From NCBI GenBank assembly GCA_016218545.1, contig JACRDQ010000038.1:66986-130985 (forward strand): a stretch of DNA of 64,000 bases, given 5' to 3'. The notes beneath the pieces were generated by a model that was not told the DNA's origin, did no database searches, and saw only the letters and a list, made by a program, of their open reading frames with translations. The position numbers were made by a program, and so were the translations under genes. The first letter of the stretch is position 1, and each line of letters starts with the position of its first letter. The DNA comes from Elusimicrobiota bacterium (lineage in GTDB: Bacteria; Elusimicrobiota; Elusimicrobia; UBA1565; UBA9628). Shown piece after piece: positions 18,201 through 27,023 of the stretch.

Positions 18201-18913
18201 GTGCCCATGATGAAGGCCACGGTCAGGAACGCGGTGACGTAGCCGACCTTGGCCGCCTTGGAGAACCCCTGGCCGCGGTGGAGGTCCTCGATGGGGTCTT
18301 TCTCGTTGCTCACGGCCGAGAAGAGGGGGCGGTCGAGTCCAGGTCCGGCCGCGCGCGCAGACGCCTGGCTGCCCTGGACCGGGACGCCGGGCTCGGCGAG
18401 TCCGGGGAGGACGGGCTGGCCGTCGAAAACCGCGGCTAGGCCGCCTGTCAAGGACTCCGACGGAAGGGCCTTGGCCCGTACAGGAAGGACCTCAACGGCC
18501 GCTTCCGCCAGGCCTTTCGCGATGCCTCTCTCGATGCCCGGGACCGGGCTTGCCAGGCCGAGCTGGGATGCCGGGCCAGGCAAGGCTGAAGGGAGTGCCT
18601 GAGGGAGGTCGGGCAGCGGCAGGAGCGGGGCCACGGGCAGGTCCGGTGCCGGGGCCTGGAGGAGCGTTCCGCCTGGCAGGTCCGGCCTGATGGCCGGGGC
18701 TGGGGGCAGGCCAGCCTGGACCTGGAAAGAGGACGGCTGGCCGGCCTGTCCGAGGTCGGCTCGGGCCGTGGTCCTGGGAAGGATGACGGGAAAGGCGGAG
18801 GACGCGGCTCCGGCCGCGGTCACGGCCCTGACCTGGGCCAGGACGGCCGGGGGAAGGACCAGGCCGTGCAGGAGAGCCGCGCATAGCAAGACGGCGGCGG
18901 CTCGCCGGATCAC
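15287..18913 (-). CDS. Giant fusion protein of 1208 aa. It has a signal peptide, an LP-rich leader, a CPBP (CAAX/Abi) intramembrane metalloprotease domain, and a C-terminal domain of about 750 aa with unknown function and anomalously low GC.
   Basis: The CPBP motifs are present: EELLFRQ (the EExxxR motif), FVALHE (the FxxxH motif) and ITHHAFYNG (the HxxxN motif), together with multiple TM helices. The C-terminal domain occupies coordinates 15287 to about 17540. Its GC is about 50-62% against about 70% in the flanks, as counted in 60-nt windows. It has no recognisable motifs. Confidence 0.7.
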   Translation of the reverse strand: MIRRAAAVLLCAALLHGLVLPPAVLAQVRAVTAAGAASSAFPVILPRTTARADLGQAGQPSSFQVQAGLPPAPAIRPDLPGGTLLQAPAPDLPVAPLLPLPDLPQALPSALPGPASQLGLASPVPGIERGIAKGLAEAAVEVLPVRAKALPSESLTGGLAAVFDGQPVLPGLAEPGVPVQGSQASARAAGPGLDRPLFSAVSNEKDPIEDLHRGQGFSKAAKVGYVTAFLTVAFIMGTKALAGALGYVPHSNYQGPVFGPGMGISEIASLLFSVSVMAPVLEELLFRQFLQGGLKKVVSKFWSRGAFGVAALASSLVFVALHETSDPLLFGLRLAGSLMLSWVFEKHGLAGSITHHAFYNGMWFAMAMAGLLFAPAGRAATLGIAAVGLAAAAASLRSMLGKERPANPVSGWALLAAAGLVFGPLVLWPAAMAVSLPLAFSLTLYALLRPYAGGGRQAVVPPEQAQAADAPVAVDSLRLLDARVTESRRTGNEDAASSRFLDSAINDMMPTDGGAPLVLGDIAPTQAVGQVAAILRQAGLDNGQTGAALRALAGQPQIDLRRLLHDGAAEPLAAMYRVATDVSQQTAIDMLSSVAAGPDPKSDAAALRELMVSLSVVSHDPHMSDALVSLSRRPDAAASATALHTLISAKARWGSSLYGDGIYLVFHLAKHHDPPTAVAAFLKLGPSLFKAGLPRDSPDSLLDMLSAAPDADQRADFWFHAGLSRLLGAAIKSMKAAGVSGSMSDHVIKGLMQMPDFRQAHRMLNQPAGLSPIAKAISSNDEQLDFEHLNFYLNLPEDLTRRLPYEAMAEILRADDYTRNLYSRSIRDINPGMFFRYQAAPDLIRIRYWLQTEQYDRIQQEQADPATIMRAILWNHQNAIISQNTELLLTYAGRDTVLKGMVPLRRKIGEVSFTKRDVARLWRALGLDPQIMPGALKEAGFRFWNVGSKILVIPAVFDLLLSAYRGSAENDNNQASYLTHSLTTALVHYATQGGEVKGGKIGPYGDDAFHEFDLGLLRLAGVNRRRVDRTVALAFSYAKPLPEYARKRTQILRSDTISGHIQQLVEWQTSERKAKQTLHAALQGIAAGSLSQLELEKAEEYIWNQLEILSARCGLKKAYFDAVFGCLDEAFFAGLRKEYVHGRDNSPLLRRLLRAGLRKSTIANIAARRDLSEQRVAHPWIETHKTLLDYLDQEDKIRKGTFEDAGPL

Positions 18914-18920
18914 GTTCAGG

Positions 18921-21900
18921 TCACTCCTTCGCGGCCTTCTCGACGGCGTTCTCAGGCAGTCCGGGCATGCGCTTGGGCGCGTTCCAGAAGGCCAGGGCCG
19001 CGATGCCGTAGGCGATGCCGATGGGCACCAGGAGCGCGGGGAAGGCCGTGGTCAGCATCCCGGCTCCGAGGGAGAGCAGGCCGTAGCCCATGGAGGTCGA
19101 GGTGTTGACGAAGGAGCCGGAGGTCCCGAAGACCTTGCCGAGGTCGGACTTCTTGGTGCTCGTCTGCATGTAGGTGTTGAAGGACACGATGGCAGGGCCG
19201 CTGAACATGCCGTAGATCAGCATGGTCAGGAAGAGCGCGGTCTGCACGCTCATGAAGGGGATGAGGCCCGGCATGGTCCAGACGAGGAAGGGCAGCCACA
19301 CGGCCAGGAGGCCCAGGCCGAGGAACTTGATCCAGCCCTTCTGGGTGATGTGGTTGGCGAGCCACATGAGCCCGGCTGCCGCGGCCACCGCGGCCGCTGC
19401 GGCGAGGATGCTGCCGGGCACCAGGCCCGTGTAGACCCAGGTGGCGGCCAGGGCGAGGACTCCGCCCTGGATGAGGCGCTGGGCCGGGAACTTGCCGATC
19501 AAGGGGATGCGGATGTCCGGCAGCTTGACCTGCGAGGAGTTGGCGATGAGGGTGCCGAAGAAGACCGCGCCGGTGAGCTTGCCCAGGAGCATGGCCTTGC
19601 CTGCCTGGCCCACCAGGGTCACGGCCATGAGGGGCAGGGCGAAGTTCTGGAACGGGTAGGTCACCGCGGCCTGGAGCGAGGAGAAGAGGATGGTCGAGAA
19701 CTGGCGCAGGGTCCAGCGCTTGCCCTCGGACGAGAGAGCCTTGGTCTGCTCGGCTCGCTTGGCCAGGACCGCTTCGAGCTCCGCGGCGCGGGCTTCCCAG
19801 CCTTGGGCCTTCTCCGCCTTCACGCGCTCGAGCTCGGCGCGGTCCACAAGGTCTGCCGCCGCGTTCTCCTTGAGGGTGAGCGCGAGCTCCTTCTCGCGCT
19901 CTGAGACCTCGCGGGTGTCGCCGCGCCGCACCGCGCGCACCGTGTCCGTGTTCCAGACCCAGTAGAAGAGGGCCAGGGCGATGGGGATGGGAGAGTGCAG
20001 GAAGGAATAGGCCGCGATCGAGGCTCCGAAGAGGAGGGCTTCCTTCCAGTATTTGCGGAGGAAATCCGGGATCAGGGCCTTGAGCGCGGGCTTGCCGCCC
20101 TGCTTGACCGAGTCGAGCCAGGCCTTGACCCGGGACTTAAGGGTCTGGGGGGTCCCGGCGGCCGCGTTCGTGGGCGGCGTGTCGTTGGGCATGGAGAACC
20201 AGAGGTAGGGGGCCAGGAGCAGGCCGTGCACCCCGGCGGAGATGAGGAAGGCGATCATCGGGTTCCACTTGTCGATGATGGAGCCGATGCCCAGGATCAG
20301 GCCCAGGATCGCCTGCATGGACACGTAGTGGACCGAGCCCAGAGCCATCACGGTGCCCTGGTGCTTGCCCGCCAGCCTCCTTATGTAGGCGTTCTCCGTG
20401 GTCATGATGGCGGAGAGCACCCAGCCGTTGGCGATGGAAGACAGCAGCAGGGTCCAGAAGTTGAGGATGCCGAAGTAGGCGAAGGCAGGCAGCATCAGGG
20501 TCAGGACCGCGCGCACCACCATGTTGATGACCATGGAGTTCCGGGCCGAGAGCTTGTCCGCGAGGTTGCCGTTCAAGGGGCCGGTGGCGATGGCGGCCAG
20601 GGGGCCGAGGGCCATGAGCACGCCGTAGACGGTCCAGCCCACGGCCGGGGCGGCGAGGAAGGGGTAGGCGATGGAGGTCAGGATGAAGCTCGCGATGGAG
20701 AAGGTGCGCGAGATGAAGAGCGCCTTGACCGCGCCTTTGTTGAAGTCCGAGACTGGAGCCGCGGCCGCGCCTTTGAGGATCTCGGTGGAGGCAGGGCCGC
20801 CCTCGGTCGGCCAGACGAAGGTGTTGTCGAGCCTGGGGTCCGCCTTGCCGCCCACGGAGATGGCGAGCGCGCCCTGGGCGGCCTTGAGCATGTTGCGGTC
20901 CGTCACGCGGGAGCCGAAGAACTGGTCGCCCACGATGAGCAGCTTGGAGACCGGGGTTTCCTTGCCGTTGAAGCGTCCCAGCCAGCCTGCGAGCTTGGAG
21001 AAGAGCTTGCCCCTGATCCCCATGCCGGCCAGGTCGCGCATCCTGCCGATGTAGCCCAGGTGGGTCCTCAGCCATTCGACTCCGATGGCCTTGTCGACCT
21101 TGGAGAGCGAGATGTAAGGAGGGAGGGTCGGGTCCTTGGCCATGCGGCCGATGACCTCGACGTCCACGCCCCGCGCCTTGAGCTCGGCCTGCATGAGCTC
21201 GGCCGCGGCCCTGACCTCGGCCTCGGCCGTCCCGACTGGAAGGGGCCGGAAGTAGCCGTCCTTGGAGAGCTCCTCCTCCCTGCCGTTGAAGATCACGCTG
21301 CCGTACTTCTCCTTCACGGCCTGGCCCGCGGCCTTGATGGCGTCGGTCTCCGAGGCCTGCCAGGAGACGGACACGTCGCGCACGAGGCTGGGCTCGGCCT
21401 TGGCGTCATAGAGGACGGCGCGGGTGCCTTTGGAGGAGACGACGCCCAGGACTCCCTTTTGCTCCGGCGTCATGCCGGATAAAGACTGGAGGATGGTGAC
21501 CTCCTTGGGGTTCTCGGAGGCGTCCGGCCGGTCCGTGAGGATGACGGGCTGGATGCCCGCGTCAGCCGCGGTCTTGAGGGCTTCTGCGGTCTCGGGCGCG
21601 ATGGGCTTGGTCCAGGGAGCCAGGGTGTCGTCGTAGTCGAAGATGGCCAGGGAGGGCTTGTTCTGGGAGAGCTTGGCCAAGATCTGCTGCGCGTGGCCGG
21701 GGCTTACGGGCCGCAGGCTCAGGATCACGCCCCGGCCGGCCAGGGCGCGGAGGGCCTGACGGTGGACCTCGTAGTCCGAGGCTCCGCCCCGGGGATTGGA
21801 GTCCGCGATGCGGCGCAGGGACGCTTCGGTCTCGGCGCCGGGCTGGGAAGCGATGGAGTCCACGGCCTTCTTGCGGTCGTTCTCCGCCTTGGCGGAGTCC

Positions 21901-22526
21901 ACGGCCACGGCCTCGAGCTCCGGGACCGAGACGGTCCGGGGTTGGCTCGCGGCCAGGGAGCCCTGGCTGGCGTCGGCAGGGGAGAAGACCGGGGCAGGGC
22001 CGGAGACGTCGCCCACGGCAGCGGTCTTGCCTGAGAAGAGGTCGGAGAGGACGGTCTGGCGCTCGCCCGCGTCCTTGGCTTGCGTGAGCTTCTCGACGCC
22101 CTGGTCGAGGACCTCGCGGGTCGAGGCAGGCAGGCCGTCCTGGGCCTGGGGCGCCGCGGTGAGGCCCATGACCGGGAGCGGCAGAGCGGGGACCTCGGCG
22201 AAAGGCGCGGCTACGGGGGCTGAGAACGGGACCGCGCTGTCCGGAGCGCCGGAAGGGAGGACCGAGCCGACGGAAGGGGTGACGGCAGGAGAGCCCAGGG
22301 TGGGCAGTCCAAGGCCGGAGGGGAGGCTGGGATTGAACTGCAGGGGGAGATTGCCGATCCGGGAGGGGACCACGCCGATGGGCACGGCCACAGGAGCCTT
22401 GCCCGTCTGTCCGGCGGAGATGGTCTGGCCGAAGGCGCGATAGCCCTCGAAGCCCGGAGACAAAGCGATGAGCGCGGCGCTGAGGATGCCGGCCGTGACC
22501 CGTTTCATGAATCCCCCTTGCGTCAT
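18921..22526 (-). CDS. Giant fusion protein of 1201 aa. It has a signal peptide, an LP-rich leader, a HAD-superfamily phosphatase domain, and a 12-TM MFS transporter domain carrying an internal coiled-coil insertion.
   Basis: HAD motif I is FDYDDTL and motif IV is IVGDQFFGSRVTD. Two blocks of 6 TM helices are present with MFS-like loops (LNGNLADKLSARNS..., ...FSGPAIVSFNTYMQT). GGGGGA RBS + ATG at 22526, with a TACAAT -10 box about 25 nt upstream. Confidence 0.65.
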   Translation of the reverse strand: MTQGGFMKRVTAGILSAALIALSPGFEGYRAFGQTISAGQTGKAPVAVPIGVVPSRIGNLPLQFNPSLPSGLGLPTLGSPAVTPSVGSVLPSGAPDSAVPFSAPVAAPFAEVPALPLPVMGLTAAPQAQDGLPASTREVLDQGVEKLTQAKDAGERQTVLSDLFSGKTAAVGDVSGPAPVFSPADASQGSLAASQPRTVSVPELEAVAVDSAKAENDRKKAVDSIASQPGAETEASLRRIADSNPRGGASDYEVHRQALRALAGRGVILSLRPVSPGHAQQILAKLSQNKPSLAIFDYDDTLAPWTKPIAPETAEALKTAADAGIQPVILTDRPDASENPKEVTILQSLSGMTPEQKGVLGVVSSKGTRAVLYDAKAEPSLVRDVSVSWQASETDAIKAAGQAVKEKYGSVIFNGREEELSKDGYFRPLPVGTAEAEVRAAAELMQAELKARGVDVEVIGRMAKDPTLPPYISLSKVDKAIGVEWLRTHLGYIGRMRDLAGMGIRGKLFSKLAGWLGRFNGKETPVSKLLIVGDQFFGSRVTDRNMLKAAQGALAISVGGKADPRLDNTFVWPTEGGPASTEILKGAAAAPVSDFNKGAVKALFISRTFSIASFILTSIAYPFLAAPAVGWTVYGVLMALGPLAAIATGPLNGNLADKLSARNSMVINMVVRAVLTLMLPAFAYFGILNFWTLLLSSIANGWVLSAIMTTENAYIRRLAGKHQGTVMALGSVHYVSMQAILGLILGIGSIIDKWNPMIAFLISAGVHGLLLAPYLWFSMPNDTPPTNAAAGTPQTLKSRVKAWLDSVKQGGKPALKALIPDFLRKYWKEALLFGASIAAYSFLHSPIPIALALFYWVWNTDTVRAVRRGDTREVSEREKELALTLKENAAADLVDRAELERVKAEKAQGWEARAAELEAVLAKRAEQTKALSSEGKRWTLRQFSTILFSSLQAAVTYPFQNFALPLMAVTLVGQAGKAMLLGKLTGAVFFGTLIANSSQVKLPDIRIPLIGKFPAQRLIQGGVLALAATWVYTGLVPGSILAAAAAVAAAAGLMWLANHITQKGWIKFLGLGLLAVWLPFLVWTMPGLIPFMSVQTALFLTMLIYGMFSGPAIVSFNTYMQTSTKKSDLGKVFGTSGSFVNTSTSMGYGLLSLGAGMLTTAFPALLVPIGIAYGIAALAFWNAPKRMPGLPENAVEKAAKE

Positions 22527-22574
22527 GCCTATATTGTATAGGACGACCCATGGAAGGGGGTTGGGCCTTCGGGG

Positions 22575-22595
22575 TTGTTCGGAGCGGTTATTGGA
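22575..22595 (-). terminator. Candidate terminator hairpin GGACCCAG-gcgct-CTGGGTCC after the gene for the lipoprotein with HEAT repeats
   Basis: An 8-bp perfect stem lies about 25 nt downstream of the stop at 22621. No clear U-tract. Confidence 0.3.
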
Positions 22596-22620
22596 CCCAG
22601 GCGCTCTGGGTCCAGGCGGC

Positions 22621-25600
22621 CTACTTGGGTAGCTGCGCTGCCGCGTAGGCTGCCGCGGCTCGGACGGAGGGAGACGGGTCGGTCGTGGAGAGCTTGGACA
22701 GGACTCCTCTGAACCGCTTCTTGCTCTCCGAGAGCGCGCCTTGCACGGCGAACATCGCGGCGCAGCCCGCTCCCCGGACTTCGGGAGCGCGGTCTTTCAG
22801 GCAACGGGCAAGGAGCGCTACGGTCTCCGGGTCCCAGGAAAGGGCTGAGGCTTTGCAGGCCGCGGAACGCACGCGGCGCTCCGGAGACGAGAGCGCGGAG
22901 GCCACGGCTTGCAAGGCTCCAGGGCCCATGCGGCCAAGGCCGCTGGCAGCAGCGTCCCTCCTCTTGGCGTCCTTGGCCTTGAGATGGGAGGTCAGGAAAG
23001 AGGAGTCCTCGGGCCTGCCCACGGCTCCAAGGGAGGCCAGGCCTGCGTCGGCCACGTCCGGGTCCGGGTCCGCGGAAACGACCTTCAAAAGCTCGGCTGC
23101 CCGGTCTCGGAGCCGCCTTGCGGACTCGAGCTCGGCCTTCAGGCCTGAGGAGCGCTCCGGCTGGGCTTCGAGCAGGTCCAGGAACAGGGTCAGCGCTTCC
23201 TTGGGAAGGGGCTCGTTGGGGCCTGGGAAGCGGTGGACCAGGAGGCCGCGCTCGTCCGCGGTGAGCTGGCCCGCGAGCGACAGGGCGGACATCACGTCCG
23301 CGGCCCTCTTCCAGCCCATGCGCTTGATGAGCTCTTCGGCGGCGTCTGAGGAGACCGCGACCTCGAAGAAGCGGAGCCTGCCCGGCTCATCCCCCTGCTC
23401 CTGGCTGAAGAGGTGGCCCAGGGCTCCGGCCGCTTCCCTGCGCACGCGCCAATCCTCGTCCTTGAGCGCGGCCTCCAGCATAGGAAGAGCGTCTTGCGCC
23501 TTGGCGTACCTGGCGCTCTGGAGGATGAGGCTCCGGAGGGTGCCGCCGGTCTTGTCGAAGCTCCCCTTCGCCCAATCCAGGACCTGGGGACCGAAGCCCG
23601 CGAGCAGGACCCTCAGCCAGAGGTACTCGTCGAAGCGCTCCGCTGACAGGGCGGCCTCGAGGTGCGCAAGGTCCTGATCAGGGGTGCGGAAGAGCTCGGC
23701 TAAGGCCATCCTCGGGACGCCGCTCTCGAGGCTGAACGAGGAGGTCACGTGGAGGAGCCCGGCCACGCGCTCCGCTCCGGTTTTCTGGAGCGCGGCTTCG
23801 AACATGCGGCTGAGTTCCGCTCTCTCTTTCTCCACCGCTGCTGCGTGGTCTATGGCCGGCCAGTCCGCTGAGGCCAGGGTGAGCTTGGGGTCCAGGATGA
23901 GCCCGGACCTGGACACGACCGCGCCCCAGGGGCTCAGGGCCAGGCCGTGCGCCCGGGTCTCGGCAGGGAGCGCGGAGAGGCCCAGCCTGTTGTCCTTGCC
24001 CTCGACCGAGGCCAAGCCGTAGCCTGGAGCAGCCCGCTTGTGGAAGCCTGTGCCGAACTCGGGCAGGAGGAGCTTGTTGCGGTCTCCGGTGACCGCGGCC
24101 AGGCCGTGGCCGTTGGCGTCTCCCCGTCCCGTGCCCCAGTCCGCGCGGGCGGTGTTGTCGTCGCCGTGGAGCTCCCAGAAGCCCGCGCCGTAGTCCCAGC
24201 CGAACGCCGGTCCCACGCCCCAATTGACGAGAGCGTTCGAGCTGCCTGCCACGCTCAGGACCCCGACCGCCGCGTGGATGCCCGAGCCCTGAGCGTAGCG
24301 CCTGGCCTTGAGGCGGTTCCGGTCTCCGCGGACGAAGAGCGCTCCGATGCCGTGCCAGTAGCCGCTGCCCTGGCCGAAATAGTTGGCGACGATGCTCCCG
24401 TCCTCGGTCGCCACATGGGCCAGCCCGGCGCCCCCGCCTGCGAAGGCTCGGCGGCCGTAAGCCGCGCCTTGGCACATGCTGAGCGCTGCTTGAGCCTCCC
24501 TCGGGTCCGGATAGCGCAGTCCGCACTGGAGGTCCGCCCTCGCGCCTTGGTGGCGGAAGACTCCCGCGCCCTGGGTGAACCCGTAGCCCTGGGCTGAGAG
24601 GTCCGCCTCGAACGACGCGTCCTCTCCTTTGGACCAGAGCACCCCTGCTCCGAAGGCTCCGGCGGCCTGGCTGAAGCGGCCGCCTCGGAGCACGTTCGCT
24701 TTCCCCTCGATGGTGAGCCCGCCCACGCCGAAGAGCCCGGAGCCCAGGGAGAAGTCTCCGCCCGAGAGCTTCTTGGCGCCCGCGGGGTTGGGAAGGAAGA
24801 GCAGGCCCACGCCGAAGATGCCGCTGCCTCCGGTGGGTCCTCCGCTTGGGTCCTGGACCGTCACGTCCTCAGCCAGGTCGATGACCACCTTGACCTCGCC
24901 CTCTCCTGCGGCGGCGACCGGGCCCTGGTAGACGCTCTTCCTGCCGAGGTGGATGAGGAGAGCCACGCCCTTGAGCTCGCCTGCGGTGAAGGTGCGCTCT
25001 CCGGGGCCGACCAGGAGGGCCTCTCCGAAGGGGAGCTTCCAGCGCTTCTCCGCCACGCTGGACCTGGCCGCCGCCTTGCGCAGGGCAGGCAGGTGGGAGC
25101 CGGACACCGCGCAGAGCAGGAAGCTCCCGGCCTCGAGCAGCTGGCTGAGGCGGAACCGCGCCATGGCGGCGTAGACCGCGGGCTCGGAGCGCGGCCCGTT
25201 CTCGCTGGTGACCGCGGCCTTGACCTCCTGGAGGGCGGCGAGCCTCTCGGGTCCTGTCAGGGAGTCCGCCGCCTCCAGCACCGCGGCGCGCGCGATGTCC
25301 ATGTCCCAGAGGATGCGCGCGATGGCCACGCGGAGGTCCGGGGCCAGGCCCAGGCTCTCCGGCGCCATGGAGTGGCGGAACTCCCTGGCCAGGGTCCCGG
25401 CCGGGGCGCCCAGGACCTGCCGGCCCACGCCGAGGAGTCCGCAGGCGTCCTCGGAGCGGCGCAAGCCCTCCTTCCAGCGGCCGGCCGAGGCAGGCAGGGA
25501 GAGCGGGTCCTTGAGGAGCCCTTCGGCTTCGGGCAGGGCCATGGCCGTGTCCCAGCGGGAAGGACGGAGGTCGAGGTCCGAAGCCGAGGCTTCCGCGGCC

Positions 25601-25713
25601 TTGGCCGCGGCCGAGAGCGCTGCGGTGACCGGGCGGGGCTTGGGCCGGGCGGTCTCGCCGCAGAGGGCGAGGGAGGGGAGGAGGAGCGTCAGGCAGAGAG
25701 CGGCCCGGCGCAT
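22621..25713 (-). CDS. Large lipoprotein of about 1030 aa with a central Gly-rich repeat region (beta-helix-like) and C-terminal HEAT/PBS-lyase-type repeats
   Basis: The internal Met at 25713 gives a lipobox LLLPSLALCGE. The longer ORF from 26022 is an Arg-rich extension that overlaps tolB and is not used. Repeats of the form xGxGxFG / YAQGSG are present. The C-terminus shows ...PEVRGAGCAAMFA..., ...PSVRAAAAYAAAQL (HEAT-like). The gene starts 11 nt after the tolB stop. Confidence 0.55.
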   Translation of the reverse strand: MRRAALCLTLLLPSLALCGETARPKPRPVTAALSAAAKAAEASASDLDLRPSRWDTAMALPEAEGLLKDPLSLPASAGRWKEGLRRSEDACGLLGVGRQVLGAPAGTLAREFRHSMAPESLGLAPDLRVAIARILWDMDIARAAVLEAADSLTGPERLAALQEVKAAVTSENGPRSEPAVYAAMARFRLSQLLEAGSFLLCAVSGSHLPALRKAAARSSVAEKRWKLPFGEALLVGPGERTFTAGELKGVALLIHLGRKSVYQGPVAAAGEGEVKVVIDLAEDVTVQDPSGGPTGGSGIFGVGLLFLPNPAGAKKLSGGDFSLGSGLFGVGGLTIEGKANVLRGGRFSQAAGAFGAGVLWSKGEDASFEADLSAQGYGFTQGAGVFRHQGARADLQCGLRYPDPREAQAALSMCQGAAYGRRAFAGGGAGLAHVATEDGSIVANYFGQGSGYWHGIGALFVRGDRNRLKARRYAQGSGIHAAVGVLSVAGSSNALVNWGVGPAFGWDYGAGFWELHGDDNTARADWGTGRGDANGHGLAAVTGDRNKLLLPEFGTGFHKRAAPGYGLASVEGKDNRLGLSALPAETRAHGLALSPWGAVVSRSGLILDPKLTLASADWPAIDHAAAVEKERAELSRMFEAALQKTGAERVAGLLHVTSSFSLESGVPRMALAELFRTPDQDLAHLEAALSAERFDEYLWLRVLLAGFGPQVLDWAKGSFDKTGGTLRSLILQSARYAKAQDALPMLEAALKDEDWRVRREAAGALGHLFSQEQGDEPGRLRFFEVAVSSDAAEELIKRMGWKRAADVMSALSLAGQLTADERGLLVHRFPGPNEPLPKEALTLFLDLLEAQPERSSGLKAELESARRLRDRAAELLKVVSADPDPDVADAGLASLGAVGRPEDSSFLTSHLKAKDAKRRDAAASGLGRMGPGALQAVASALSSPERRVRSAACKASALSWDPETVALLARCLKDRAPEVRGAGCAAMFAVQGALSESKKRFRGVLSKLSTTDPSPSVRAAAAYAAAQLPK

Positions 25714-25724
25714 GGGACGCCCCG

Positions 25725-27023
25725 CTAGCGCGACCAGTCCGGGGTCGAGCTGGCTCCCGGAGCGTCGAGGAGCCGGTGCGGGGCCGAGCCGTCCGCGTCC
25801 ATGACGTAGACCTCGGGCCTTCCGCCGCGCGTGGTCACGAAGGTCAGGAAGCGGCCGTCGGGCGACCAGGAGGGGTCCTCGTTGGACCCTTCGCCGTGGG
25901 TGAGCTGGCGGACCTGGTTGCCGGTGACGTCCACGAGGAAGATGTCGATGGGGTCCTTGGGCCGGCTGCGGCCGGCGAAGGCGATCCACTCGCCGGTCGG
26001 AGACCACGAGGGGGAGTCGCACCAGTTCATGCGCGTGAGCTTCTTGGCGCGCTGGGTGGTCATGTCCAGGATGTAGACCTGCGGGTTGCCGGAGCGGTCG
26101 GACACGAAGGCGACTTGGCTTGCGTCCGGGGAGAAGGTCGGCGAGGTGTCCACCCCGGTGTGGTTGGTGAGCCTCGTGATGGAGCCGTCCGCGATGCCTT
26201 TGACGTAGATGTTCGGATGCTTCTGGCGCGAGAGGGTCATGAGCATCTGGTTGCCGTCGGGGGAGAAGCCGCCCGCCACGTTGAGGCCCTGCTCGTTGGA
26301 AAGGACCCGGGACTTGCCGGTCGCCAGGTCCAGCAGGAAGAGGTCGGGGTTGCCGTCCCTGTAGGAGGTGTAAGCCACGGTCTTGCGGTCAGGGCTCAGG
26401 CGCGGCAGCAGCGAGATGGCGCGGTGGTTCGTCAGGCGGCGGAGGTTGGCGCCGTCGTAGTCGGCCAGGTAGATCTCCTTGTTCCCGGTCTGACGGTTGG
26501 CGAAGGCGAGCTGGGAGTGCGCGATGCCGATCTTGCCGGTCAGGGCTTTGACGAGGTCGTCGGAGACGCGGTGCGCCAGGGAACGCCAGAACTGGGCGTC
26601 CTGCTGGTAGTAGCGGTCGAAGACCTGCTCTCCGGAGTTGAGGTCGGTCAGGGAGACCGTGAGGCTCACCTTCGGAGCCGCGCTGCCGGCTCCGGGGGCC
26701 GCGGCCTTGGCCGTCAGGATCCACCCGGCGCCGCGCAGCTTCCACTCCCGGCTGACCGCGGAGACCTGGCCGCCGTCGGGCGTGGGGCCGTCCTCGACGA
26801 TCCTGAAGTAGCGCGAGAACATGAGGTCCGCGCGGATGACCTCGCGCGTCTGCTGGGCCATGGCAGCGTCCTGGACCGAGCCCGGGTCATTGGCCGTGAA
26901 GGGGGGCAGCCCCAGGGGCAGGGCCTGGCCCGCCGAGGAGCCGGCGAGGCTGATGTAGACGTCCGCGGCCGAGGCCGGGACCGCGAGCAGGCCGGCGCAG
27001 AGCAGGGAGGCCAGGCCCGTCAT
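25725..27023 (-). CDS. tolB: TolB periplasmic beta-propeller protein
   Basis: The N-terminal TolB domain is followed by repeated SPDG blades (FSPDGNQML, FSPDASQVAFVSDRSGNPQVYI, WSPDGRFLTFVTTRGGRPEVYVMDADGS). Confidence 0.85.
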   Translation of the reverse strand: MTGLASLLCAGLLAVPASAADVYISLAGSSAGQALPLGLPPFTANDPGSVQDAAMAQQTREVIRADLMFSRYFRIVEDGPTPDGGQVSAVSREWKLRGAGWILTAKAAAPGAGSAAPKVSLTVSLTDLNSGEQVFDRYYQQDAQFWRSLAHRVSDDLVKALTGKIGIAHSQLAFANRQTGNKEIYLADYDGANLRRLTNHRAISLLPRLSPDRKTVAYTSYRDGNPDLFLLDLATGKSRVLSNEQGLNVAGGFSPDGNQMLMTLSRQKHPNIYVKGIADGSITRLTNHTGVDTSPTFSPDASQVAFVSDRSGNPQVYILDMTTQRAKKLTRMNWCDSPSWSPTGEWIAFAGRSRPKDPIDIFLVDVTGNQVRQLTHGEGSNEDPSWSPDGRFLTFVTTRGGRPEVYVMDADGSAPHRLLDAPGASSTPDWSR

